DNA of 64,000 nt from a virus. The position numbers were made by a program, and so were the translations under genes. The notes under the pieces were generated by a model. It saw nothing but the letters and a program-made list of their open reading frames with translations, was not told the origin of the DNA and searched no databases. Numbering within the stretch: the first letter of the stretch is position 1; each line of letters starts with the position of its first letter. The DNA lies in IMG/VR virus record IMGVR_UViG_3300017917_003388, positions 32,001-96,000 of that record. One strand, written 5' to 3'. Shown here piece after piece: positions 20,718 to 29,749 of this stretch.

Positions 20718-20906
20718 ATGGTTTTTTAATTTTAATTTAAATATAAAATAAATAATTTTATAATCCCAATTATAGTAAAGAAGGAATATCTTGAAGATTA
20801 TTAGCTAATTTTACATAGATTTGTGTTTCAACAAAATTTATATTTTTATTCATATAATTTATTAATTAATTAGAGAGTATTACGTCTAAGTATACGTTGT
20901 AGGCAA

Positions 20907-21134
20907 TTAGTTTGCTTTCTGTACTGCGTCTACCATTCCTTCAAGGCAATTATCACAGCAAGTCGGTTTAGCATCATCATTGCAATATTCGCAAACTAAC
21001 TGTTCGCTTCGCCCTACAACAGCGTGTTTACGCAATGCTTCTGCATACTCTTCTGCAAAATTCATAGCCATTTCTAATGTCCAATTCCTTGTTTCAACCA
21101 TTCGTGTTGATTTGTAATAATCTTTTGCTGTCAT
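20907..21134 (-). CDS. Cassette A hypothetical protein (MTAKDYY..., Cys-rich tail)
   Basis: ORF track; likely start at the ATG at 21134. Confidence 0.6.
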   Translation of the reverse strand: MTAKDYYKSTRMVETRNWTLEMAMNFAEEYAEALRKHAVVGRSEQLVCEYCNDDAKPTCCDNCLEGMVDAVQKAN

Positions 21135-21190
21135 TCTATTTAAGTTTTTAGTTGTTGAATCGCACTGCGTAAACACGCAAAACGTTAGCT
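21013..21190 (+). repeat. attC-like site 1 (long loop)
   Basis: CCTACAAC-A-GCGTGTTTACGCA ... TGCGTAAACACGC-AAAAC-GTTAGCT; 13-bp perfect arms at 21022-21034 and 21166-21178. Confidence 0.7.
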
Positions 21191-21394
21191 TCAATTGTCT
21201 AACCACCGCACACCTTTACCATCAAAAACATAAAATTCCTCATCTGAATTTACGTTTTTAAATTTCATCCCCCAACCAACATTTGTTAAGTCTGCACCCA
21301 TGCAAATTGCTGTTGCTTGGTAATGCGGATGGTTTTTATCAATTATCATTGCTTTTTTACCATCGAATTTTGTGTCTTGATGTTTCTGCTCCAT
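21191..21394 (-). CDS. Cassette B hypothetical protein
   Basis: ORF track; lies between GTTAGCTT and AAGCTAAC. Confidence 0.65.
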   Translation of the reverse strand: MEQKHQDTKFDGKKAMIIDKNHPHYQATAICMGADLTNVGWGMKFKNVNSDEEFYVFDGKGVRWLDN

Positions 21395-21434
21395 TTTATG
21401 TTTTTTATTAATTTAATCCAACGCAAGGAAACTA

Positions 21435-21518
21435 AAGCTAACAGCACCTACCAGCAATAGCTGCATAAAGCTATCGCACTACCAAAGCTACTGCAATGGT
21501 AGCTGCAAAACGTTATAT
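21435..21518 (+). repeat. attC-like site 2
   Basis: AAGCTAAC...CTACCAGCAATAGCT...AGCTACTGCAATGGTAG...AAAAC-GTTATAT imperfect palindrome. Confidence 0.75.
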
Positions 21519-21533
21519 TTAATTTAAAAATTT

Positions 21534-21647
21534 TTATGGATAGTATTGTTTATACCCCATCCATAAAAATATTATTATCGAACCTACCAACACTATTGCG
21601 AGTATTACATCTATTATTTGTCTGAAACTACCTTTGTAATCATCCAT
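21534..21647 (-). CDS. Cassette C 37-aa single-pass membrane peptide
   Basis: Manual translation MDDYKGSFRQIIDVILAIVLVGSIIIFLWMGYKQYYP. Confidence 0.55.
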   Translation of the reverse strand: MDDYKGSFRQIIDVILAIVLVGSIIIFLWMGYKQYYP

Positions 21648-21713
21648 GTTATTTGTATAAAAATTTTTGATATTAAATATAACAAAGAATATATGTAATA
21701 AATTTTTGTTTTC

Positions 21714-21849
21714 CTAATCTTTAATTCCTAAATCTTTCTTTAATTTTTCAAAAGACGATTGATCTACATGATATTTACACAAATGTGGTTTCTTAGGAGG
21801 AAGATAATTAGGATCACCCTTACGAATTTGTGGTTGTTTTTTTTTTCAT
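21714..21849 (-). pseudogene. Small ORF frameshifted in an A10 tract
   Basis: With A9 it would read MKKKQPQIRKGDPNYLPPKKPHLCKYHVDQSSFEKLKKDLGIKD. Confidence 0.4.
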
Positions 21850-21850
21850 T

Positions 21851-24436
21851 CTAAAATGTAAAAAATTTATTTACATTGGGATTTAATGATGGAAATTCCC
21901 AAGATAGATCATCATACAATGATTTTAATTTATTTGCTAACAACGATTCAAATATTTCCTCTATATTTATATATGTTTTAACAAATTCTTCAATTTCTGC
22001 AGGAATTTGGGCATTTGGTAAACCAATTGTTTCTAAATTATATGGGTTTTTCTTTAAATTAATAATGAATATCTTATCACCCTCAATAATAGATTCATAT
22101 TTTTTATCTAATTCTTTAAATTTAAGTAAATCATTATAACGTACTGCTGCTTTTGTATTACTTGGGGCTTTTAATTTAAATGAACTAAATATATCCCCTG
22201 TTCTAGCTGGTATCTGATATGCTGATATTTGTTTTACCCCCGTAGGTTTACCTAATTGTCTAGGATCTAGTGTTTTCAATGTTTTGTAAAAACCAATCAC
22301 ATCATTATCTATTTCGAATTTGGGTTTACCAAATAATATATTTTTAATAAAATTTTCTCCAAATTCTTTAAATAATTTATTCATATTGGACTTCATTAAT
22401 TCAAGTCCTTTCATATCTAGTTCTTCTACTGCAACACCTTCTTTGTTGGTAACATACATCGCATAACGACGTTTACCTGTTGTAAATACACCAGCACAAA
22501 TTACCTCTTGTTTTAATTGGAAATAATGAGTACCTGGTTTAATGTTGAATAAATTTTTACAAATAGTATCTAAATTAGCGTTTGATTCGTTTTGGATCTC
22601 AATAGCTAATTCTAGTATTTTATCATTTTTATCTTCAGGTTTAAGATTTAGAAATCTATGTTTAAGTAAATCCCCTAATACTATAAACATTGAATCAGTA
22701 TCTGAAAGACAAATGTGTTGTTTTTCTATTTTTAATTCAGTGTTTATTTTATTGTTTACAAAATTAATTGATTCACAAGTTAATCTTTGACCTGAGTTAG
22801 TGATAGCAGCACTACAAATTAAATATCCATCAGTGTATCTCCACCCGTTGATAGCAAAAGTCCCATAAAGTGCATTTTGGAGGATTTTAAAACTATGTTG
22901 ATATAAATCGTATAACTTATAGTTGGTCCAATCTTCGGCTTTACCTGCTATTTTCTTTAAACCACGATAATGTTCTCGTTTTTCAAACCAACCTTCTAGA
23001 ATTTTAGCAACTATGCTCTTTTCATCGGTTCTAAACATAGTTCCGGAAGCAGCAATTGTATATTCGTTTTTCTCAATTATATCAATTAAATCACCTATTT
23101 TAATAGTTGTAGATTTAAGTGTATAATTTACTTTATTTAACTTTTCAATAGTAATTATTTCATTAGGATCACGTTCTTTAAGTTTTTCTAATGAATGGTT
23201 TTGTTCATAAGTTGGATTGTGATCTACTTTAATCCTACCCACTAATGTTTCAATACCTAAATTCAATGATTTAATAATTGAAGGATATAGAGATGTAAAG
23301 TCCAAGTCAATTACATCAAAATATAGACCTGGAATTGGTTCTAATAAATATCCTCCAGCATAGCTTTCTTTAGTATTTTTTAGTATTGGATTATGAGTGG
23401 TAGGTTTATTTGGTGAAACAATACCTTCACGTTTAAGATATTTTAATATAGCACCCTCATTCATTACAGTATTGTAATAAATACTTTCATAAGGTATATT
23501 ACAAATATGTGAAATCATGATAGTTAACTCAATAAATTTAAGTTTTTCTTCTAATTTTTCAATAATTTCAACGTCTCGCAAGTTATATTCAATAAACGCA
23601 TTTAAATCATTTTTAAATAATGTGTTTAAATTACCTTCATATTCGATTTTACCTAATTCTACATATTTAATTCCAATATCTCCTAATTTATATGATGGTT
23701 CTTCCTTCATAATATATTTTTTATGAAGCAACATATAATCTAAGTGATTAACTCCACCAATTCGAATTTGAATCCCACCCGTAAATTCTGAGTAATCGAT
23801 TTTTCTAATTGGAGACATTCTTAGTAACTCATCAAGACCTACTATTTTCATAAGTCTAAAGTATAAATAAGGAATATCAAAATAAGCACTATTCCATCCA
23901 ATGATAATAGTTGGATCTAGTTCTTCAAATTTATCTAGAAATCGTTTTATTAATTCTTTTTCAGAACCACAAGGGATAATATGTTTACCATCTTGATTTG
24001 TTTCTTGTATTTCTTTACTTTTATCTACAATAAAACATATTTTTTGTTTTGTAGTTACATCTATTAAAGCAATAGAAGTAATAGGCATTGGGGCAGCCTT
24101 AATATATTCTGGTGTAAGTGCTCCCCCAATTTCGATCTCAATATCCAGATATAAAACATTATGCCAAGATGGAACAACATCATCAAATTTATAATAAAGT
24201 TCCCTCAATATAAGTAGTTCCTTATTAATATCCTTTTCTAATAAATTAGGATCTTCTTTATTGTATTTTTTAGTAGGTACAGCATATCCACCTGTTAAAA
24301 TAGGTTGAGCACCCTCTTCCCATTTATTAACACGTTTCCAATATGTTTGTTGATATTGAAATTGTAACCACCCTTTCACATCATCGCGTAAATGATATGT
24401 ATAATCACTGTAATCAAAATAGACTGATTGATACAA
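21851..24436 (-). CDS. Family B DNA polymerase
   Basis: DIE exonuclease, DFTSLYPS, KILQNALYG, SDTDS. Confidence 0.95.
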   Translation of the reverse strand: MYQSVYFDYSDYTYHLRDDVKGWLQFQYQQTYWKRVNKWEEGAQPILTGGYAVPTKKYNKEDPNLLEKDINKELLILRELYYKFDDVVPSWHNVLYLDIEIEIGGALTPEYIKAAPMPITSIALIDVTTKQKICFIVDKSKEIQETNQDGKHIIPCGSEKELIKRFLDKFEELDPTIIIGWNSAYFDIPYLYFRLMKIVGLDELLRMSPIRKIDYSEFTGGIQIRIGGVNHLDYMLLHKKYIMKEEPSYKLGDIGIKYVELGKIEYEGNLNTLFKNDLNAFIEYNLRDVEIIEKLEEKLKFIELTIMISHICNIPYESIYYNTVMNEGAILKYLKREGIVSPNKPTTHNPILKNTKESYAGGYLLEPIPGLYFDVIDLDFTSLYPSIIKSLNLGIETLVGRIKVDHNPTYEQNHSLEKLKERDPNEIITIEKLNKVNYTLKSTTIKIGDLIDIIEKNEYTIAASGTMFRTDEKSIVAKILEGWFEKREHYRGLKKIAGKAEDWTNYKLYDLYQHSFKILQNALYGTFAINGWRYTDGYLICSAAITNSGQRLTCESINFVNNKINTELKIEKQHICLSDTDSMFIVLGDLLKHRFLNLKPEDKNDKILELAIEIQNESNANLDTICKNLFNIKPGTHYFQLKQEVICAGVFTTGKRRYAMYVTNKEGVAVEELDMKGLELMKSNMNKLFKEFGENFIKNILFGKPKFEIDNDVIGFYKTLKTLDPRQLGKPTGVKQISAYQIPARTGDIFSSFKLKAPSNTKAAVRYNDLLKFKELDKKYESIIEGDKIFIINLKKNPYNLETIGLPNAQIPAEIEEFVKTYINIEEIFESLLANKLKSLYDDLSWEFPSLNPNVNKFFTF

Positions 24437-24443
24437 AATTTTT

Positions 24444-24947
24444 TTATTTTACGTTATTTAATTCTTCTTCTGTAAAAAATTGTTTTAAATCTGGTCTTTT
24501 ATATAGAATTGATTTAAGTACTTTTTTATCTCTAGTTCTATATACTATCCAATATTCACCCACTTTTTCATAATATGTAGGTTCACCAATTCTTTCCGCT
24601 TCACTTTTACAAGTAGCAATTGCTTCTTCTTCTGTTTTACAAGCTTTAGACATATTTGATGCTTGTACCTCAGCATATGCGTCCATAAATTTATTTTTCA
24701 AACCATGAAGTAAAACACCATTTCCTGTCGCAACATAAGTAATATCACAAAGTGCATCTAATACTTCTACAATATTTCCGGTTTCACATGCATGTTTATA
24801 TTCTTCTAATTCTTCAAGAATAAAATTGTATACAAACTCCCATTCTTTTCTTTCAGGAATATTTGGAGTATAGGTGTTGGGTTTCCCCATTGTTTCGTTA
24901 AATGTCTCTACCTCAGAGACAAAGGGTACATAATTTTTATTTTTCAT
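24444..24947 (-). CDS. MazG-like NTP pyrophosphohydrolase
   Basis: EELEE...EVLDALCD...EVQASNMSK. Confidence 0.85.
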   Translation of the reverse strand: MKNKNYVPFVSEVETFNETMGKPNTYTPNIPERKEWEFVYNFILEELEEYKHACETGNIVEVLDALCDITYVATGNGVLLHGLKNKFMDAYAEVQASNMSKACKTEEEAIATCKSEAERIGEPTYYEKVGEYWIVYRTRDKKVLKSILYKRPDLKQFFTEEELNNVK

Positions 24948-25070
24948 GTTTAATTATTAATTAAAATTTTTAATTATTTGAATATATAAAATAAATTATA
25001 AAATACCAAATTTTTTTCATAAGTTAATTATATTTATAATTAGATATAACACATTATAACATAAAAAACC

Positions 25071-25304
25071 ATGAAAAATTATTGGGCTCCTACTCCAAAA
25101 AAATGGAGAAAAATAGGAGATGCTTTATTAGCATCTTCAACTGTAGCATCCATAGGTGGAATGTGGCAATTTGAACATCTAAGAGAAATATTTACAGTTG
25201 GTCAAATAAAATGGTTAATTATAAGTCCAATTATTTTGGGTGTTATTGGTAAATTTTTAACTAACTTATTCACTGATTCTGAATCAGATGATATAAAACC
25301 ATAA
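25071..25304 (+). CDS. Putative holin
   Basis: Two hydrophobic segments; directly upstream of the lysin. Confidence 0.6.
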   Translation: MKNYWAPTPKKWRKIGDALLASSTVASIGGMWQFEHLREIFTVGQIKWLIISPIILGVIGKFLTNLFTDSESDDIKP

Positions 25305-25308
25305 TATT

Positions 25309-25926
25309 ATGAGTTTAAAACATTTTCAATCAAAAATAGGTGTTCAAGCAGATGGAGATTTTGGTCCAGGAACATTTTTAGCCGCAATGAAATATTTAAA
25401 ACTTACTCCAATTAGAGCAGCTCATTTTTTTGGTCAAACATCACATGAAACTAATGAATTTTTAATATTTACTGAAAATTTAAATTATTCTGAATCCGGT
25501 TTGAAGACTACTTTTGGTAAATATTTCCCTGGTAACTTAGCATCACAATATGCTCGTCAACCTGAAAAAATTGCTAATAGAGTATATGCTAATAGAATGG
25601 GGAATGGAAATGAAAATTCGGGGGATGGATGGAAATTTAGAGGTAGAGGTGCTATTCAATTAACAGGTAGAGAAAATTATTTAGCATTTTCTAAATATAT
25701 AAATAAACCCGAAATAATGGTTAATCCAGATTTAGTATCTAATGAGTATGCTTTTGAATCAGCATTGTTTTTCTTTGATAAAAATAAATTATGGAATATA
25801 TGTGATGGTGGAATTGACAAAAACACAATATTAAAATTAACTCAAAGGATAAATGGAGGTACCAATGGTTTATCGGATCGTGAGTCTAAAACTATAAAAT
25901 ATTATAGATATTATACTTTAGGTTAG
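25309..25926 (+). CDS. GH19 endolysin with an N-terminal peptidoglycan-binding-like motif
   Basis: DGDFGPGT; HET...ENLNYS; FRGRGAIQLTGRENY; INGGTNG. Confidence 0.9.
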   Translation: MSLKHFQSKIGVQADGDFGPGTFLAAMKYLKLTPIRAAHFFGQTSHETNEFLIFTENLNYSESGLKTTFGKYFPGNLASQYARQPEKIANRVYANRMGNGNENSGDGWKFRGRGAIQLTGRENYLAFSKYINKPEIMVNPDLVSNEYAFESALFFFDKNKLWNICDGGIDKNTILKLTQRINGGTNGLSDRESKTIKYYRYYTLG

Positions 25927-25952
25927 TTTGATAATGGTACTTTAATTGTTGT
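25923..25952 (-). pseudogene. Orphaned former thyA 3' end (TTIKVPLSN*)
   Basis: Matches the present thyA end PTIKLPLSN* on the other side of the HEG. Confidence 0.8.
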
Positions 25953-25962
25953 AATATAATAA

Positions 25963-26742
25963 TTATTCTTTGTATTTCCAAACATAATCAAAAGCGGTTT
26001 TTTGTCTTCCTTTTAAACAAGCTGTTATACATGAATTGTTGATTGATTTTCCAAAATATTCAAGAGCATCTTTAATAGATTTAAACTCCTGAATTATATT
26101 ATTTTGTTGATCAAGTTGAAGAATGGGTTTACTATTTTTTTCTCCTATTAATTTATGATCAATCCTTGATTTAATTAAATTTCCAAATCCTGGGGGTTTA
26201 GGTTTAGAATTAGCTTTACTTATTTTTTGCTTAGTTTCCTCAGAGATAGGTATTCCTTTATTACTATGAACTTTACTATGTTTTTTACCTTTATTTCCTT
26301 TGCTAATTTTTTCTTTCATTTCACCACTCATAAATCCATCAGGTTTAGGTTTACCTTTATTACCATGGATTCTTCCTTCAGGTATATTATATTTTTGTCC
26401 TGTTTTAGCTTGAACTATTTTTTGTTTTTGCTCTTCAGTAAATTTATTTCCTAAAGCAATAATCTCCCCTCCAATACTTTTGTTTAGTAATATACCATCA
26501 GGTTCTATTCCTTTTCTTCCATATTTAGCTATAAATTCCATCTCAAGAGAACATGCTTCTTCTTTAGTAAGATTTTCTTTAATTATATCTACTATAGGTT
26601 CACCATGTTTTTTAATATAATTCTTATAATGAGAATTCCTTCCTGAGATAAAATCCCATGCTCTTTTATTTGCCCCTATTCCAACATAGAATAACTCTTT
26701 AGTTAGTGGGTTTTTATGATGGTATAAATAATAATTTTCCAT
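25963..26742 (-). mobile_element. Free-standing GIY-YIG-like homing endonuclease (NUMOD3/NUMOD1)
   Basis: YLYHH...FYVGIG...RA; KPILQLD...KTAFDYVWKY. Confidence 0.85.
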
Positions 26743-26795
26743 AAGTCTATCAATATTCCGTTGATTATAAATATATGAAAAATATATTTTTTACA

Positions 26796-27908
26796 CTAAT
26801 TTGATAATGGAAGTTTAATAGTAGGATGATATTGATAACCAATTAATTCAAAATCACTAACTTTATAATGAGATATGTCATCAATATTACTATATATTTT
26901 TAATGTAGGTAATTCAAATGGTTTTCTATTTAATTGTTCCTTAATAGGTTCTACATGATCTAAGTATAAATGTACATCTCCTAAATTTCCTATTAATTCA
27001 TCTGGGATCATATTAACTTGTTTAGCAATCATTTCTAATAATAAACCATAAGATGCTATATTAAAACCTAATCCTAACCCAGTATCTACTGAACGTTGAT
27101 TCCACATTAATGATATTGCTCTACGAGGAATATTTATATCATCTAATTGCTTATGTAATTGTTCATCTTCATCAACTTTCGTAAAAAACTTTATGTTTAA
27201 TGATACTTCATAATGATTAGAACCAGCTATAAACCCTCTTTCTTGTAAACTTAATTCTCTAGTATAGAACTGGAAAAAGTTATGACATGGTCTTAATATC
27301 ATTTCATCCAACTCACCAACATTCCAGGCAGATACAATTATACCTCTATCATCTGGATTTGTTTTAAGTTTTTCAAGAGCTTCTTTAATTTGGTCAACAG
27401 ATTTTCTACTTGGGATTTCACCCATATACGACACCAATTCACCATATTCCCAACTTCTCCATTGCTTACCATAAATTGGCCCCAATTCACCCCACGTCTT
27501 AGCAAAGTCATCATCTGTTTTGATTTTGTTGATGAATTCTTCTTGTGTATATAAAGTTGCACCAGAATGACCATTATCTAATAAAACAGGTTTTAACCAT
27601 TTAGGATTAGAATTAAATTGATTATGTGTTATATAGTTCTTATAAGCATCACCATCCCAAATATGACAATTGTTATCAACAAGGAATTTGATGTTGGTAT
27701 CACCACGTAAAAACCATAGTAGTTCTGTTACAATTTGTTTCCAACCCATCTTTTTGGTTGTAAGAAGTGGAAACCCTTCACTCATTTTATGACGGATTTG
27801 TCTACCGAATACTGATAGGGTTCCAGTACCAGTTCTGTCTTTCTTTTCTACTCCATTGTCAAGAATGTCTTGAAGGAGTGCTGTATATGTTTTATCTAGG
27901 TTGTTCAT
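26796..27908 (-). CDS. thyA: Thymidylate synthase
   Basis: DRTGTGT, LGPIYGKQWR, RPCH, QRSVD...FNIASY. Confidence 0.95.
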   Translation of the reverse strand: MNNLDKTYTALLQDILDNGVEKKDRTGTGTLSVFGRQIRHKMSEGFPLLTTKKMGWKQIVTELLWFLRGDTNIKFLVDNNCHIWDGDAYKNYITHNQFNSNPKWLKPVLLDNGHSGATLYTQEEFINKIKTDDDFAKTWGELGPIYGKQWRSWEYGELVSYMGEIPSRKSVDQIKEALEKLKTNPDDRGIIVSAWNVGELDEMILRPCHNFFQFYTRELSLQERGFIAGSNHYEVSLNIKFFTKVDEDEQLHKQLDDINIPRRAISLMWNQRSVDTGLGLGFNIASYGLLLEMIAKQVNMIPDELIGNLGDVHLYLDHVEPIKEQLNRKPFELPTLKIYSNIDDISHYKVSDFELIGYQYHPTIKLPLSN

Positions 27909-28071
27909 TTTTTAAATAATATCTTTCACATTCAGGTTGAATACATCCAATAGACCGACCAAAAAATACAAATCTTTTTATTTCGGTAGATTTACATATT
28001 GGACAAGTTCCATAAGTACCTTCCGTTATTATTCTAGTTAGTGGTGGTTTTGGTTTATCTAGGTTGTTCAT
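27892..28071 (-). CDS. 59-aa zinc-ribbon protein that begins with the thyA start sequence
   Basis: Manual translation MNNLDKPKPPLTRIITEGTYGTCPICKSTEIKRFVFFGRSIGCIQPECERYYLKNEQPR. Confidence 0.65.
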   Translation of the reverse strand: MNNLDKPKPPLTRIITEGTYGTCPICKSTEIKRFVFFGRSIGCIQPECERYYLKNEQPR

Positions 28072-28256
28072 TCTTTAATTAATTTACTTCTTAAATCCTT
28101 AAGTATTATATACCAATTATTGGCTTGTTCTGTATTATATTTCATATCACGTTTTTCACCATAGGTTACTTTCATACTATAATGTTGAAAATTATTCCAA
28201 GTTGTTTTGTATTCTTGGAGGTGGTCTGTGTATGTTTTATCTAGATTGTTACTCAT
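28068..28256 (-). CDS. Hypothetical protein with a thyA-like N-terminus
   Basis: MSNNLDKTYTDHLQ versus ThyA MNNLDKTYTALLQ. Confidence 0.6.
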   Translation of the reverse strand: MSNNLDKTYTDHLQEYKTTWNNFQHYSMKVTYGEKRDMKYNTEQANNWYIILKDLRSKLIKE

Positions 28257-28270
28257 AACTTTCTATTGTT

Positions 28271-28417
28271 TTATTCGTTGTCGTTGATAATACTTTTAAG
28301 TTTTTTAATTTCTGCAATTACCTCATCACCCAATTCAATTTTAGACATCATTACTAGGTCCACTACTTGATTTTGTAGTAATTCAATTAGTGCGTCTTTC
28401 GCTTGTTCTTTATTCAT
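28271..28417 (-). CDS. Small 48-aa hypothetical protein
   Basis: Manual translation MNKEQAKDALIELLQNQVVDLVMMSKIELGDEVIAEIKKLKSIINDNE. Confidence 0.6.
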   Translation of the reverse strand: MNKEQAKDALIELLQNQVVDLVMMSKIELGDEVIAEIKKLKSIINDNE

Positions 28418-28435
28418 ATAAAATATATCAAATAT

Positions 28436-28861
28436 TTATTCCTTTGGTTTAATTATTATTTCTTCATCATTGTAATATACATGTGTTAGACCACGAATAT
28501 TATCATCTTTCCATCTAATAGGTCCTATTTTCATATTTAAAAACTCCTCGGAACTCATTTGTTCCTTCAATCGAATGTAGAATACAAGACAATGACCTAT
28601 ATCTTCAATTAGCGATTCGAAATTTTCTCTTGTAACAAGTCTTGCCAAATCTTCAATATTCCATATACGATGATAAATCTCTGTCGCAGAATTATCTACT
28701 AAAAGAGATTTATCTAATTCTTCTATATTATTTTCTAAAATAGTAGCAATTGCTCCAACTATTTCTTTTGGTCCAAATGAAGTTTTCCAATCACATTCTT
28801 CTGTAACGTTATCTACCCACTCCATATAGAGTTTATGTAGTTTTTCTCTATCAATTTCCAT
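28436..28861 (-). CDS. Hypothetical protein
   Basis: ORF track. Confidence 0.6.
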   Translation of the reverse strand: MEIDREKLHKLYMEWVDNVTEECDWKTSFGPKEIVGAIATILENNIEELDKSLLVDNSATEIYHRIWNIEDLARLVTRENFESLIEDIGHCLVFYIRLKEQMSSEEFLNMKIGPIRWKDDNIRGLTHVYYNDEEIIIKPKE

Positions 28862-28872
28862 ATGTATTTAAA

Positions 28873-29106
28873 TCACATTAATTTAGCATATTTAACAATA
28901 CCTGACATTTTTTTATTTTCAACAATGAAAAACTCAACTTCAGGATTAACATCAATCCTTGAATCCAAATTATCAAAATTACGTTCTAATTCTAATAAAT
29001 ATTCCACATCTTCTGAAATTAAGGGTAATTGTTTATCTGAATTATCAATATCCTTATATTTAACAGACCATATTTTATATCTATCTCTAACTAATATTCC
29101 TATCAT
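28873..29106 (-). CDS. Hypothetical protein
   Basis: ORF track. Confidence 0.55.
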   Translation of the reverse strand: MIGILVRDRYKIWSVKYKDIDNSDKQLPLISEDVEYLLELERNFDNLDSRIDVNPEVEFFIVENKKMSGIVKYAKLM

Positions 29107-29107
29107 T

Positions 29108-29746
29108 TTATTTTAATTGGGCTCCATTTAATGTTATAGCATGGAGAAATTCTTCACGAATTAAATTACCAGGTTCCATAAATACACCACTGAATTTATT
29201 GGTGGTCATAGTTGAAGTAGGATGCTTAATACCTCGATTTGAACAACACATATGTTTTGATGAAATACTAACTGCTACTGATTTACATTCTAGTTTATCT
29301 GTTAAAAAATCATGAATTTGTTGAGTTAATGATTCTTGCATTTGGGGGCGACGGGCAAACCAATCTACTACTCTATTTAATTTAGATAAACCAACTACTT
29401 TTTCCCCAGGAACATATGCTACTGAAGCATACCCTGTGAATGGAAGATTATGATGAGCACAAAGTGATACAACAGGAATACCAGTTTGAATTACTACACC
29501 AGTATAATTTTCTTCATTAGGAAACACTGTCATTGATGGTTCTTCTGTAATTGAGCCTAGTACTAGATCTTTTAACCAGGCTTTAGCTACACGACGAGGA
29601 GTGTCAATAGTTTGAGGATCAGCAGTATAATCAAACCCCATTGAATTTAAAAAGTTTCCATAATGTAGAGCTGCTTCTTTAATCATACTCTCAATTTCCT
29701 CAGGAGTACGAGGTCTGTTCTCATTTGCTTTTTGAATATATTTCAT
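29108..29746 (-). CDS. folE: GTP cyclohydrolase I
   Basis: TPRRVAK, SLCAHHNLPF, GLSKLNR, QE.LT, HMC...RG. Confidence 0.95.
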   Translation of the reverse strand: MKYIQKANENRPRTPEEIESMIKEAALHYGNFLNSMGFDYTADPQTIDTPRRVAKAWLKDLVLGSITEEPSMTVFPNEENYTGVVIQTGIPVVSLCAHHNLPFTGYASVAYVPGEKVVGLSKLNRVVDWFARRPQMQESLTQQIHDFLTDKLECKSVAVSISSKHMCCSNRGIKHPTSTMTTNKFSGVFMEPGNLIREEFLHAITLNGAQLK

Positions 29747-29749
29747 TTA

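Larger units (their letters stand above)
20878..21700. mobile_element. Integron-like gene cassette array (three cassettes, no integrase in window)
   Basis: Three complementary GTT.../...AAC pairs and two complete attC-like stems; the first two cassettes are visibly more GC-rich than the flanks. Confidence 0.7.
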
